Shown here: one piece after another, positions 11,480-21,460 of the stretch
Numbering within the stretch: position 1 is the first letter of the stretch
How the letters are laid out: every line of letters begins with the position of its first letter
Source of the DNA: Macrostomum lignano
Taxonomy: Eukaryota
DNA length: 29,798 nucleotides
Direction of reading: 5' to 3'
Assembly: GCA_002269645.1 (NCBI GenBank)
Contig: NIVC01004971.1
Span: forward strand, 1 to 29,798
Notes under the pieces: model-generated
Seen by the model: only the letters and a program-made list of their open reading frames with translations
Databases searched by the model: none
What the model was told of the DNA's origin: nothing
Position numbers and translations under genes: made by a program

Positions 11480-11660
11480 GGGCTGCGAACACCCTGGCGA
11501 CATCGTACCACACTCCAGCGCTGAGGCAGCTGACGATCCTGAGCACATACAGGCACACACTCATACACACGCTCACACAGGGTGTACAACTGCCCTGACT
11601 GTCTAATCGTCAGGCATGTACACTCTCTGTGCCTTGGGGGCTGGCTGTCGTGGCACTTTT
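11480..11660 (-). mobile_element. Diverged body of the SINE-like element at 23981-24339
   Basis: Shared ordered blocks caccctggcg, cctgagca, caggcacacactca, gtgtaca...tgtacac, gccttggggg. Confidence 0.7.
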
Positions 11661-12096
11661 AGAATGAAAAATCATCTTAAATCTGTACTGTAATTTTCCT
11701 TTCCCCATAAGGCTTTATCTTACAGTACAAAACAGACAACTCGTGTTGCCATATTTTTTTTTCATTCCTTGACTAATTGTCGATTTTTTCTCCGCGACAT
11801 CAAACGGATCTGGCCAGAGTTCGCTGGCACTCTGAGTTCTAGCTCTGGGTCTTCTTGGCTCAGGCAAGGGGCGCCCAAACTTCTCCTCCCCCGCTCGTCT
11901 CTCTCTCCGCGGCTTTGGGATCCTCCCGAACTAGAGCGAAGTTACTGAACCCTGTAGCTACTGTCACGCTGCAGTTGGCATCTCTTAATACCCCGCGCCC
12001 GGCTCGAGTGCCACTAGGATTTGGAATTATGCCGCCTCCGCCCCCAACTCGCCCTCACTTTTCCCTTTCCTTCGTCCGTTAATTTTCCGGTGTTTT

Positions 12097-12165
12097 GCCC
12101 CAGCCCAGAATCGAACTGAAAGCTTTAACACTCCGCCTGTCAATCTGCCTCTCCCCACTGAGTAA
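12097..12165 (-). mobile_element. Degenerate tRNA-derived head (SINE-like or tRNA pseudogene)
   Basis: Reverse complement has A-box-like ctcagtgg and B-box-like cagttcgattct at tRNA spacing; no intact cloverleaf. Confidence 0.55.
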
Positions 12166-12311
12166 AGTTACTACTTCAGCTAGCTAGAGTGTGGCTGTGC
12201 AAAAATATTTCACTTGAAAGCCTGGCTCAGAGGCCAATCTACAACAGAGTGCATCCAGCATAACAAAAAGTGCGAATTCTAAAATAAATTGTAAGGCCTT
12301 CTTTCTGTTTG

Positions 12312-12935
12312 ACTGCCTACCTGTCTGTGCGTGTGGGTTGGGTGAGGCTTATCGATTTTCTAGCCTGCTCTCTGCCTGCCTGTTCTGATGGGGTGGGCGA
12401 GGCTTATCGATTTTCTAGCCTGCTCTCTGCCTGCCTGTGCGTGTAGGGTGGGTGAGGCTTATCGATTTTCTAGCCTGCCTTCTGCCTGCCTGTGCGTGTG
12501 GGTTGGGTGAGGCTTATCGATTTTCTAGCCTGCTCTCTGCCTGCCTGTTCTGATGGGGTGGGTGAGGCTTATCGGTTTTCTAGCCTGCTCTCTGCCTGCC
12601 TGTGCGTGTAGGGTGGGTGAGGCTTATCGATTTTCTAGCCTGCTCTCTGCCTGCCTGTGCGTGTAGGGTGGGTGAGGCTTATCGATTTACTAGCCTGCTC
12701 TCTGCCTGCCTGTGCTGATGGGGTGGGTGAGGCTTATCGGTTTTCTAGCCAGCTCTCTGCCTGCCTGTGCGTGTAGGGTGGGTGAGGCTTATTGATTTAC
12801 TAGCCTGCTCTCTGCCTGCCTGTGCTGATGGGGTGGGTGAGGCTTATCGGTTTTCTAGCCAGCTCTCTGCCTGCCTGTGCGTGTAGTGTGGGTGAGGCTT
12901 ATCGATTGCCTGGCCTCCTGTCTGCCTGGGTGTAA
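12312..12935. repeat. 55 bp minisatellite, ~11 copies
   Basis: gaggcttatcga recurs every 55 bp (12344, 12399, ...). Confidence 0.96.
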
Positions 12936-13426
12936 CAAGGCTTACCGATTGTTTTCAAACCAACTGCATATGCCTTAGACACTCTACTGACAATTATGAC
13001 ACCATGTTATCCACTATAGCGCCTGTCGTGCCTGATTTTCACGATAGTTTTTTTTTCCGCTGCGAATTTTCTGACTCCCAGAAAGATCGCAATTTCCCGG
13101 TCATGCAAGAAATCCGCTCAGCAAAATGCATTTATTCGTGTCCTCCCTCCATTCTGAATCCCAGTTTTACTGAGCATTTAAGGAAATCTTCTCAGTTTCA
13201 AGCGCAGAGAGTAATCCCACGTCTCATCTCTACAAGGCACTGCATGCAATCCCCCTCTCTCTCACTCGCTCCCAACCAGCCTAGACTCTATAGACCACTG
13301 GCAAGGGAGGAATGGTCGCAGCCTTAAGCGGTTAATTTTCGTTGCAGACAAAGTGGCTTAGGATGGCGGAGACAGTTGAAGAATTGTCTCAAACGACTTT
13401 CTCTTGTCCCCCCCTCTCTCTCTCCT

Positions 13427-13462
13427 CTCGAGTTTCGGCCGAAACTCCTTCATCAGCCGATG
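13427..13462 (-). other. Degenerate hammerhead-ribozyme-like core, Penelope-retroelement style
   Basis: Minus strand reads CUGAUGA-AGG-AGUUUCGG-CC-GAAAC-UCGA; stem I cannot be completed. Confidence 0.35.
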
Positions 13463-14863
13463 CGAGGGATGTCATACAGGGCTAGTGAGGCGGATAAGTG
13501 GACTTCGGAGATAATCGCCCTAAGAATCGCGCTCTGAGGCTGGGCATGGCGGTCTGGGAGGATAAAGAGGCGCCACCGCCGTTGACAACAAGAGAATCGA
13601 TTGGGATTCCCCGCCTCAACCCTGCATGCAAAGCAAAGCAAAGCAAAGCTGCATGCACTTTGTTTTTGGCGGGGGTGGCGGGTGGTGGGTTAGCCATATC
13701 TTAAGACTCAAGGATTTCATCTCATTTTCTAGGGTATCAGGGCTTGTACAAGCATTGAGACTCTGCAACAGATTACGAATAGATATTGGCCTATTGCATG
13801 TACGCTCGTAGTTGCTATGCTATGACTTAAAGGCTATGGGAACAGCCAACAATAGCTGTTGAGCATTATCAGTAACAATACTCGTACAATTTATGCCTGA
13901 AAGGCTTGTTTTCCTAACGGAAAAGATGTCAATACTCGCACATGACAGGGAGCTTCGAAAGTGTTGGCTTAAATCATTTTTTAGTGCATTCGACTCGTAT
14001 AACAATTTATTTAATCGATAGCAGTAGAAATGAGACTTAATAATACTTTTAGTATTATTGATCGAAATTAATAAATGTTTAAAATGAAGGGACAATTGTA
14101 CAGGATTCCTTTATATTATTTATTTTTTGACGAGTTTTCCGGTTTTTTTATCTACAATGATTATTTTAATATTTATTTATTATACAGTATTTAAGTACCA
14201 TAATACAATTATAACAGATTAATTTTTTTAAAATCCGTATTATTTACGGATATCTATTAAAATTAATTTATTTAATAAAAAACCCTCAAACGAAAAATTA
14301 AAAACTTTAAAAAATTACATGACTCCGATACAAACAACTGCGGCGCTACCGTGGAGAGAAAAATTATTGAATGACTGAATATTTGAGTTGCTGTTAAAAC
14401 GCATTGACCTAGGCGGTCGCGGGTCAGCCCTTGGGGGGGGCTCTGCCGCAATATATATATTTATAAAAAAATTTAAAACGAGCATTGTATTGTAAATTAA
14501 TTTTCGAAATAGTATTTTACTTAGTATAAAAGGTTTAAAGGTGTAAAACTGTTATTATTGAGTTTGAAAATAAAAGTAAAAGCATATTGGAATAATTTTA
14601 GAAAATTTTTGCTCAAGGAAGGAGAATATTTGAGTTACTATTGAATTGAGTTAATGTTCCGTTATAAGAAAAAAAAGTAGAATTTTATTGATGAAGAAAC
14701 ACATTGATTGCAAATCTGAAGGCTTAGCTAGATATATTTTTATCTGTTAAGATTAAGACTAAGATAATATTTATAAAAATTAGTTCACGGTTGGCTGCCG
14801 TGTCTGAAGCTATTTAGCTGTGTGTTGTTAAGACATCTGGATTAGCAATCCTTTCTTATTCCT

Positions 14864-15988
14864 TCATCCATGGAAAAAATTGACAACAATTTTCTCTTTT
14901 AAGTGGCGGCAAAAAGATCTGAAAATGAAAACAAGAATAACGAACAAAACTTTGATTGTATACTCCGAAACCGAGGCACATGAAGCGGTGTTCTGAAATT
15001 GGCTTGAGCCACCATAGTCAACCGCAGCAATCCAGATGGCAATGGTGCAAATCACGGTACAGCAGACAGCAGCGAAGCATAGGCATGAAAACAACGCGCT
15101 CAGAATGACGATGCCCACTTTTGATAGCATTAACAGACAGCAGTAGACGGTCAATAGAAGTGGATAAATCAAACAGCAAAACGCGGCGATAGAAATGAGT
15201 ATAAAAGCACTTTTACTAAGTTTCTTACCGAATAGCTTTGAGGACCAACTTTCTATTTTCGATTTTGCGAGTGCTTGTGTGTGCTCCGCTAAGGTCTTGA
15301 AATTGATCTCTAAATTGCACTGCACTTTTTTGTGAGCCATATTTAACTTGATCCGCAAATCGCACTGCACTTCTTTGTGAACCATCGCACTCATCTCGCC
15401 AGAAATAAACTTCACCAGGTACCGAGGGGCTGCCTGCTCAGCTCGGTACACAATGTACTCATCGTTGAGTACACCTCCGCTGCTCTTAGTCTTCCGTTTA
15501 GCAAACGCAGAGTCGCAGCCCTCAGCTTGCAGCCGTACAATGCTGAGCCTGGGATCGGCTGCTTTGCAAACCAACGGTTTTCCGATAGCAACATCGCATA
15601 ACAGCAGGTACTTGGCTCCATTGTCGCGACAGTATTGAGCACTCTTGGTGCTATCGGTGGCGAAGTAGATTCCCGGACCGAACATGCCTCCACTACCGAC
15701 CTTGAATCCATCTTCGATAATTTTCTCGGCGTTTTGTTTCGTCGTCCCGTGAAAAAGCAGCTGCGGCTGGCGGTCGCTGGCGTGCAGTTCATTGAGACAG
15801 TTTCTCAGTTTGCGATCCAACTCGGAGTTTTGGATCCTCTCAATCGACTGGATCTGTATTCGGATTCCATGCTCCGGTTTGACATACCGCTCGACTCTGT
15901 CCCGAACTGTCAGATACTCTTGAATTGTGTCGTCACTGGTCTCGGTGAGAAGTTTCCGGCGAACTACTCTGCCTTGTATCTGATCTGG
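14864..15988 (-). CDS. PARP-like ADP-ribosyltransferase (H-Y-E triad) with C-terminal hydrophobic, Cys-rich membrane segments; 5' exon not resolved
   Basis: Frame is open from 15988 (after acceptor ...aatactttttag) to the stop at 14864; QIQSIERIQN, LLFHGT, GMFGPGIYFA, KSAQY, LLLCDVAIG, NDEYIVY..EQAAPRYLV; hydrophobic stretches AFILISIAAFCCLIYPLLLTVYCCLLML, VGIVILSALFSCLCFAAVCCTVICTIAIWIAAV and IKVLFVILVFIF. Confidence 0.88.
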   Translation of the reverse strand, partial: PDQIQGRVVRRKLLTETSDDTIQEYLTVRDRVERYVKPEHGIRIQIQSIERIQNSELDRKLRNCLNELHASDRQPQLLFHGTTKQNAEKIIEDGFKVGSGGMFGPGIYFATDSTKSAQYCRDNGAKYLLLCDVAIGKPLVCKAADPRLSIVRLQAEGCDSAFAKRKTKSSGGVLNDEYIVYRAEQAAPRYLVKFISGEMSAMVHKEVQCDLRIKLNMAHKKVQCNLEINFKTLAEHTQALAKSKIESWSSKLFGKKLSKSAFILISIAAFCCLIYPLLLTVYCCLLMLSKVGIVILSALFSCLCFAAVCCTVICTIAIWIAAVDYGGSSQFQNTASCASVSEYTIKVLFVILVFIFRSFCRHLKEKIVVNFFHG

Positions 15989-16469
15989 CTAAAAAGTATT
16001 ATCAAAGAGAGATCTATGATTAAATTGACTCGGATTGAGACTTTAAGCTCTTCCACACAGCCATCAATTGAAGGCAATTGTAGAGCGATTGATTACATTC
16101 ATACTTCACACATAATCGCAGGAGCAGGCACCCTGGCGCAACGTCTTTGGCGACATCGTCCCACGTTGCACTATACCAGCGCTTTTGATAGGAGGCAGAT
16201 CCAGTGTTGATCTTTTGATATGTTGTGCCTTTCTTATTGCTCCATCGATATTCATAAAGCTTTTCGTTCAGAAATAGTTTTAAAGGGAGGTTTCACCGAA
16301 AAAAATACACTACGGAGATAGGAAATTTCACGATTTTCAACACTAAAACAGTGATTGGGTCTCTTAACAGTGTCAGAGAAAGTTCTAATCACACTATTTT
16401 GTGCCTCACATGCTGCTCTGACGACGCATTAATCGATTTTTTATGTTAAATTGGTCTTATTGGAAAAAA

Positions 16470-16613
16470 CGTTTAAAATAATGATAAGAACTGAAGCAAT
16501 GCAGAGAGTTAAGTGTCTTGCTCAAGGACACAAATTGTTCCCGTGGGGTCGAGAATCGAACCCCCGACCTTTCAGTCGTGAGCCCGACGCTCTGACCGCT
16601 AGGCTACAACCCC
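16470..16613 (-). mobile_element. CORE-type tRNA-derived SINE (Val-CAC-like head)
   Basis: Minus strand: ggggttgtagcctagcgg (A box), ggttcgattc (B box), then tgtgtccttgagcaagacacttaactctctg, close to the MIR CORE segment tgtgaccttgggcaagtcacttaacctctctg as I recall it. Confidence 0.78.
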
Positions 16614-16659
16614 TCTATGCTAAACCCCCCTCTTTGGTGCAAAGCCCTAAATGAATGTT

Positions 16660-16735
16660 GCCATGTACGGAATGAATCGAACCTGGGGTCGCAATGCAAG
16701 AGTCAGACGCGTTTACCGCTGAGCTGCCCTGCCCC
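16660..16735 (-). mobile_element. Second tRNA-derived head (SINE-like)
   Basis: Minus strand gcagctcagcggtaaacgcg (A box) ... ccaggttcgattc (B box); resembles the head at 24265-24339. Confidence 0.62.
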
Positions 16736-18414
16736 TAATTTTAAATCTGTAAAGTACTTTTATTGCGTGCTTTGGGTAGCTATACGGATATTTGATTTAA
16801 TGCATGCACGCTCAAGTATTCACCTGACCGGCTGCATCATGCCAGCATTAAATTAATCCATTTCATAAGTTCACATACCTGGGATGCGGGTTGATTACCC
16901 ATGCCGCGATAAAAGTATTCGGACACTTAAATTAAACAAATATTTTGTTGATCATAACTAAAAACAATTAACCGATGGCTAAAGGTATACCTGTCTCTTT
17001 GATGAGTTAGTTCTTCTGCTTACAGTTTATGCAAGTTTTGTTTGGAGCTTGTGCCACAGATTTCCTGTCTTGACTAATAAAACTCTCTCGCAATTATAGA
17101 CTCAAAATTTGTAAAAAAATGTTATCAACTACACTACTTATATACTAAGAAGGTACAAGCCACTAGCCACTGATACTAGAATCGTTTCCCAGTGTACAAC
17201 TTATGCATTTACCTTGCGTACTGTTTCTAAGTCTGTCTAGCTCTAATTGCACGTACGCATTCGTGCAATACAAGGCTACTTTTGTTCGTTGTTTTGTTCG
17301 CCTTTCATTCGTCATGTTATGTGGAACTTCAGTTTTGCTCCAAAGTAATTTGCAGCATCTTTTATGTAATTTTTGTCCTACAAGATTTTGGGTTGCTTGT
17401 CGTAGATAGACGGATTGGAAATCACAGACTTACAGAAGTCAATTTCAATCATATTTGATCGCAGCCAATGTTAAATTGGGCGGAAGTTTTCGTTCTCAAA
17501 GGAACTTAGAATTACAGCTAAATCTTGTGATATCATAAAAACTCATTTGACGGGGTGGTAGCAAAGAAAGGAATGAGAAATTTTGAATGAACTAAATGTA
17601 GAAATTTTTGTATATAGTTGCTACTGTTACTTTCTTACGGAAAAGGATGCTTTAAAGCAAAAAAATTATCGGCCCCTGACAGCTAGCTGGCAGCCACCCC
17701 AAAGATCATATGATCTAGCCCAAGATGTCAGCACCCCTTTGAGAAGTGAAATCTCAGCAATTCCCCCTTGAGCCATGCAAAGGCTACTAAAGTAGAAGGA
17801 CGCAACACTCGAAATCTATGGAAAATGTTTTGAAGGCCACTTTTCCTAACCATGTCCTTTTTGAATGGATGGAGGGAGAGTGTTGGCTGAGGCAGTGCTG
17901 GCAGAGATTTAATCCGATGTGCAGACGATACGCTCTTATTTCCTAGAAGAAAGCAATTAAATAAGATGCCTCTATTATAGGTACAGCAAATTTTATAAAG
18001 CTTATAGACTTTCATTTTGCGCTACTCATAGTAATAGAAGCAGAGCCCGAGTGCCTTTCGATGAGCAGCAGTGCTGGCTGAAGTAAGTGCGCACTGTTTA
18101 TGCTGCTATATGAGCGGAATGACAAATTGAGTAATGAGTCATGCTGCTCACCCTCGCTTCAACTACGAGTATGGCGAAGCGCTCGTGCCCCAGCCTCCTC
18201 TCCGGCTGGCTTTCGAATTAACAAAAATTTCTTTTGAGTTTTCGCCTGCACATCATGCGGGCGGGCCGCGCATTGTTTCTGCTACTAAAATGGAAATTAC
18301 AGCAATTAACGATCCGGCAGAAGCAGTTGAGATGAAGAATGCGCGTAAGTGAACTCATTGAGTCCAAGATATTACTCAGGTACGCTTGTGCTGCAAATTT
18401 GACATGGCGTTCTC

Positions 18415-18876
<462 letters not shown>

Positions 18877-19389
18877 GAGGGCGAGAAGTAACCAAAGCCA
18901 ACACAGCGGAATGCCGAACGGCCGCATGAATGGCACAGCTGGCTAGCATAAAGGCCTGTCCTCTCAAACAATAAACCGCTCCATCGGGCAGGGGCGGGCG
19001 GGTCAGAGTGAAGTGTCATTTGCGGCCGCTGAAATGGAGCAGGCGGAGCGCGGCATCGAGCGAGAGAAGTGCGCGCTGCTAACCAAAGCCTCCCTTAGAT
19101 TTTTGAAAGAAGGAAACCTCAGTGGGTCAGGGAAAGAGAAGATGGCAGTAGTTTGAGAGACTGAGTGGGCCAGGCGGTGTTAACCATGCAATAGAAATGC
19201 CTATACACTTACCCCTGAAGTTTTGTCTTATATTCTGGCAACAATCTCTTTTACACGGCCCCTCTAAGTGCGAGGGTCAGAATAAACCCGACCAGCTCGT
19301 TGAGCTCATCTGAGCACTAATTCTTTTGATAAGGTCAGTCGGCCAGTCCCCGGATCTGCAGCAGCAGCAGCAGCAGCTTGCGTGACGCA

Positions 19390-19594
19390 ATGCAACTGGT
19401 GTGCAAGGTGGCCAGGGCCTTGGCCACCACAGCTCTGATAATCGCAATCCTTCCCTATGAGGCTCGAGCACAGGACGTCTCGCCAGGAGTGGCAGCCGGG
19501 GTGACCTTCGCCGTGACGTTTATCGTCTGCGTATGCGTCTGCGTCATCCTCGTCTGCTACCTGCTGCGGCGAATGCGCCTGATGAAGAGGAGAT
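19390..19594 (+). CDS. TM-PDZ acidic-repeat gene, exon 1: signal peptide, ~6-residue ectodomain, TM helix, basic stop-transfer
   Basis: MQLVCKVARALATTALIIAILPYEARA-QDVSPG-VAAGVTFAVTFIVCVCVCVILVCYLL-RRMRLMKRR; phase-1 donor T|gtgaga at 19595. Confidence 0.7.
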
Positions 19595-19636
19595 GTGAGA
19601 GCTGGCTGCAAGGGCTTCGGGAGGAGTGGCATTAGC

Positions 19637-20470
19637 GGAGAGCATGAGGGGGAGATGGAGAGCATGAGGGGGAGAGGGAGAGCATGAGGGGGAGATAGAG
19701 AGCATGAGGGGGAGATGGAGAGCATGAGGGGGAGAGGGAGAGCATGAGGGGGAGATAGAGAGCATGAGGGGGAGATGGAGAGCATGAGGGGGAGAGGGAG
19801 AGCATGAGGGGGAGAGGGAGAGCATGAGGGGGGAGATGGAGAGCATGAGGGGGAGTGGGAGAGCATGAGGGGGAGATGGAGAGCATGAGGGGAAGAGGGA
19901 GAGCATGAGGGGGAGAGGGAGAGCATGAGGGGGAGATAGAGAGCATGAGGGGGAGAGGGAGAGCATGAGGGGGAGATGGAGAGCATGAGGGGGAGAGGGA
20001 AAGCATGAGGGGGAGAGGGAGAGCATGAGGGGGAGATGGAGAGCATGAGGGGGAGATAGAGAGCATGAGGGGGAGAGGGAGAACATGAGGGGGAGATGGA
20101 GAGCATGAGGGGGAGATGGAGAGCATGAGGGGGAGATGGAGAGCATGAGGGGGAGAGGGAGAGCATGAGGGGGAGAGGGAGAGCATGAGGGAGAGATGGA
20201 GAGCATGAGGGGGAGAGGGAAAGCATGAGGGGGAGAGGGAGAGCATGAGGGGGAGATGGAGAGCATGAGGGGGAGATAGAGAGCATGAGGGGGAGAGGGA
20301 GAACATGAGGGGGAGATGGAGAGCATGAGGGGGAGATGGAGAGCATGAGGGGGAGATGGAGAGCATGAGAGGGAGAGGGAGAGCATGAGGGGGAGAGGGA
20401 GAGCATGAGGGGGAGATGGAGAGCATGAGGGGGAGATGGAGAGCATGAGGGGGAGAGGGAGAAGAGCATG
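19637..20470. repeat. 20 bp purine-rich minisatellite (agcatgagggggagatggag) in intron 1
   Basis: agcatg at 19641, 19661, 19681, ... Confidence 0.97.
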
Positions 20471-20510
20471 AGAGGGTAGAGGGACAGGGATACAGTTCAC
20501 TTTAACCTAG

Positions 20511-20683
20511 TCCCTTTGTCGTCGCACCCTCCTTGGACAGCGAGCTCACACAGGTCCCGGTCCGGCGTCGAGAACACCGGCTTTGATTGGGTGGAGAACC
20601 GGCCCGCAACCACCGGTCGCCGAGCTGAGCAGAGCGGCGGCGCCTCAGTGCGGATGGTCAACGAGCAGGATTCTGCCAAAGTG
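20511..20683 (+). CDS. TM-PDZ acidic-repeat gene, exon 2
   Basis: Acceptor ttaacctag at 20510 (phase 1 matches); encodes FDWVENRPATTG, echoed by later WENLENRPVTG repeats; phase-0 donor gtgagc at 20684. Confidence 0.68.
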
Positions 20684-20719
20684 GTGAGCCAGCCCACAGA
20701 TTATCCTGTGAGCCAACCT

Positions 20720-21050
20720 GTGTTTCACCTGGTTCCCGGTGTTCACCTGATTCCCGGTGTTCACCTGGTTCCTGGTGTTCACCTGATTCCCGGTGTTCAC
20801 CTGATTCCCGGTGTTCATCTGGTTCCCGGTGTTCACCTGATTCCCGGTGTTCACCTGGTTCCCGGTGTTCACCTGGTTCCCGGTGTTCACCTGGTTCCCG
20901 GTGTTCACCTGGTTCCCGGTGTTCACCTGGTTCCGGTGTTCACCTGATTCCCGGTGTTCACCTGATTCCCGGTGTTCACCTGGTTCCCGGTGTTCACCTG
21001 ATTCCCGGTGTTCACCTGGTTCCCGGTGTTCACCTGGTTCCCAGTGTTCA
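20720..21050. repeat. 18 bp minisatellite (gtgttcacctggttcccg) in intron 2
   Basis: Direct reading. Confidence 0.97.
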
Positions 21051-21091
21051 GCTGTTCACTATCAAACCATTGTCTTCATCAACAACTTCAG

Positions 21092-21251
21092 CATGTCAAC
21101 AAGCCAAAGCCGGAGGTCAAGGATCTAATATCAGTTTGCGCCACCAAGCTTGAGGACTTGGAATTAAAGATTAAGCTGAGCAACAACATGGTCCTGGTGT
21201 CCAAGGACCCCGCGCACAGCTCGCTCTGCAGTCGGCAAGGCGTTCGAGCAG
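21092..21251 (+). CDS. TM-PDZ acidic-repeat gene, exon 3 (N-half of PDZ-like domain)
   Basis: Acceptor caacttcag at 21091 (phase 0); LELKIKLSNNMVLVSKDPAHSSLCSRQGVRA; phase-1 donor G|gtaatt at 21252. Confidence 0.72.
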
Positions 21252-21272
21252 GTAATTTCGTTGTCCTGATGT

Positions 21273-21419
21273 CAACCCCAACCCCAACCCCAACCCCAAC
21301 CCCAACCCCAACCCCAACCCCAACCCCAACCCCAACCCCAACCCAACCCCAACCCCAACCCCAACCCCAACCCCAACCCCAACCCCAACCTCAACCCTAA
21401 CCCCAACCTAAATCCTAAC
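21273..21419. repeat. (CCCCAA)n telomere-like hexamer repeat filling intron 3, ending in CCCTAA-like variants
   Basis: Direct reading. Confidence 0.96.
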
Positions 21420-21460
21420 AATTCCCTTGCTAACGAATGCCGGCCTCTCCACTGCCTTAG

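Noticed and set aside
14395-14445. Helitron 3' end or TIR bounding the PARP island
   Set aside because: A GC-rich hairpin and CTAG are present on the minus strand, but the following base is not T and I found no matching other end
15635-16210. 191-aa plus-strand ORF
   Set aside because: Largely antisense to the PARP exon, with no recognisable motif
16540-16613. Functional tRNA-Val(CAC)
   Set aside because: Acceptor stem pairs, but the anticodon stem is mismatched, the T-arm 3' side is short, and it runs straight into a CORE-like SINE body
17583-18352. Short ORFs as degenerate transposase or RT
   Set aside because: No recognisable motif in any frame I translated
19306-20500. Pro/Ser/Leu-rich 264-387 aa minus-strand ORFs
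   Set aside because: Translation of the 20-bp minisatellite
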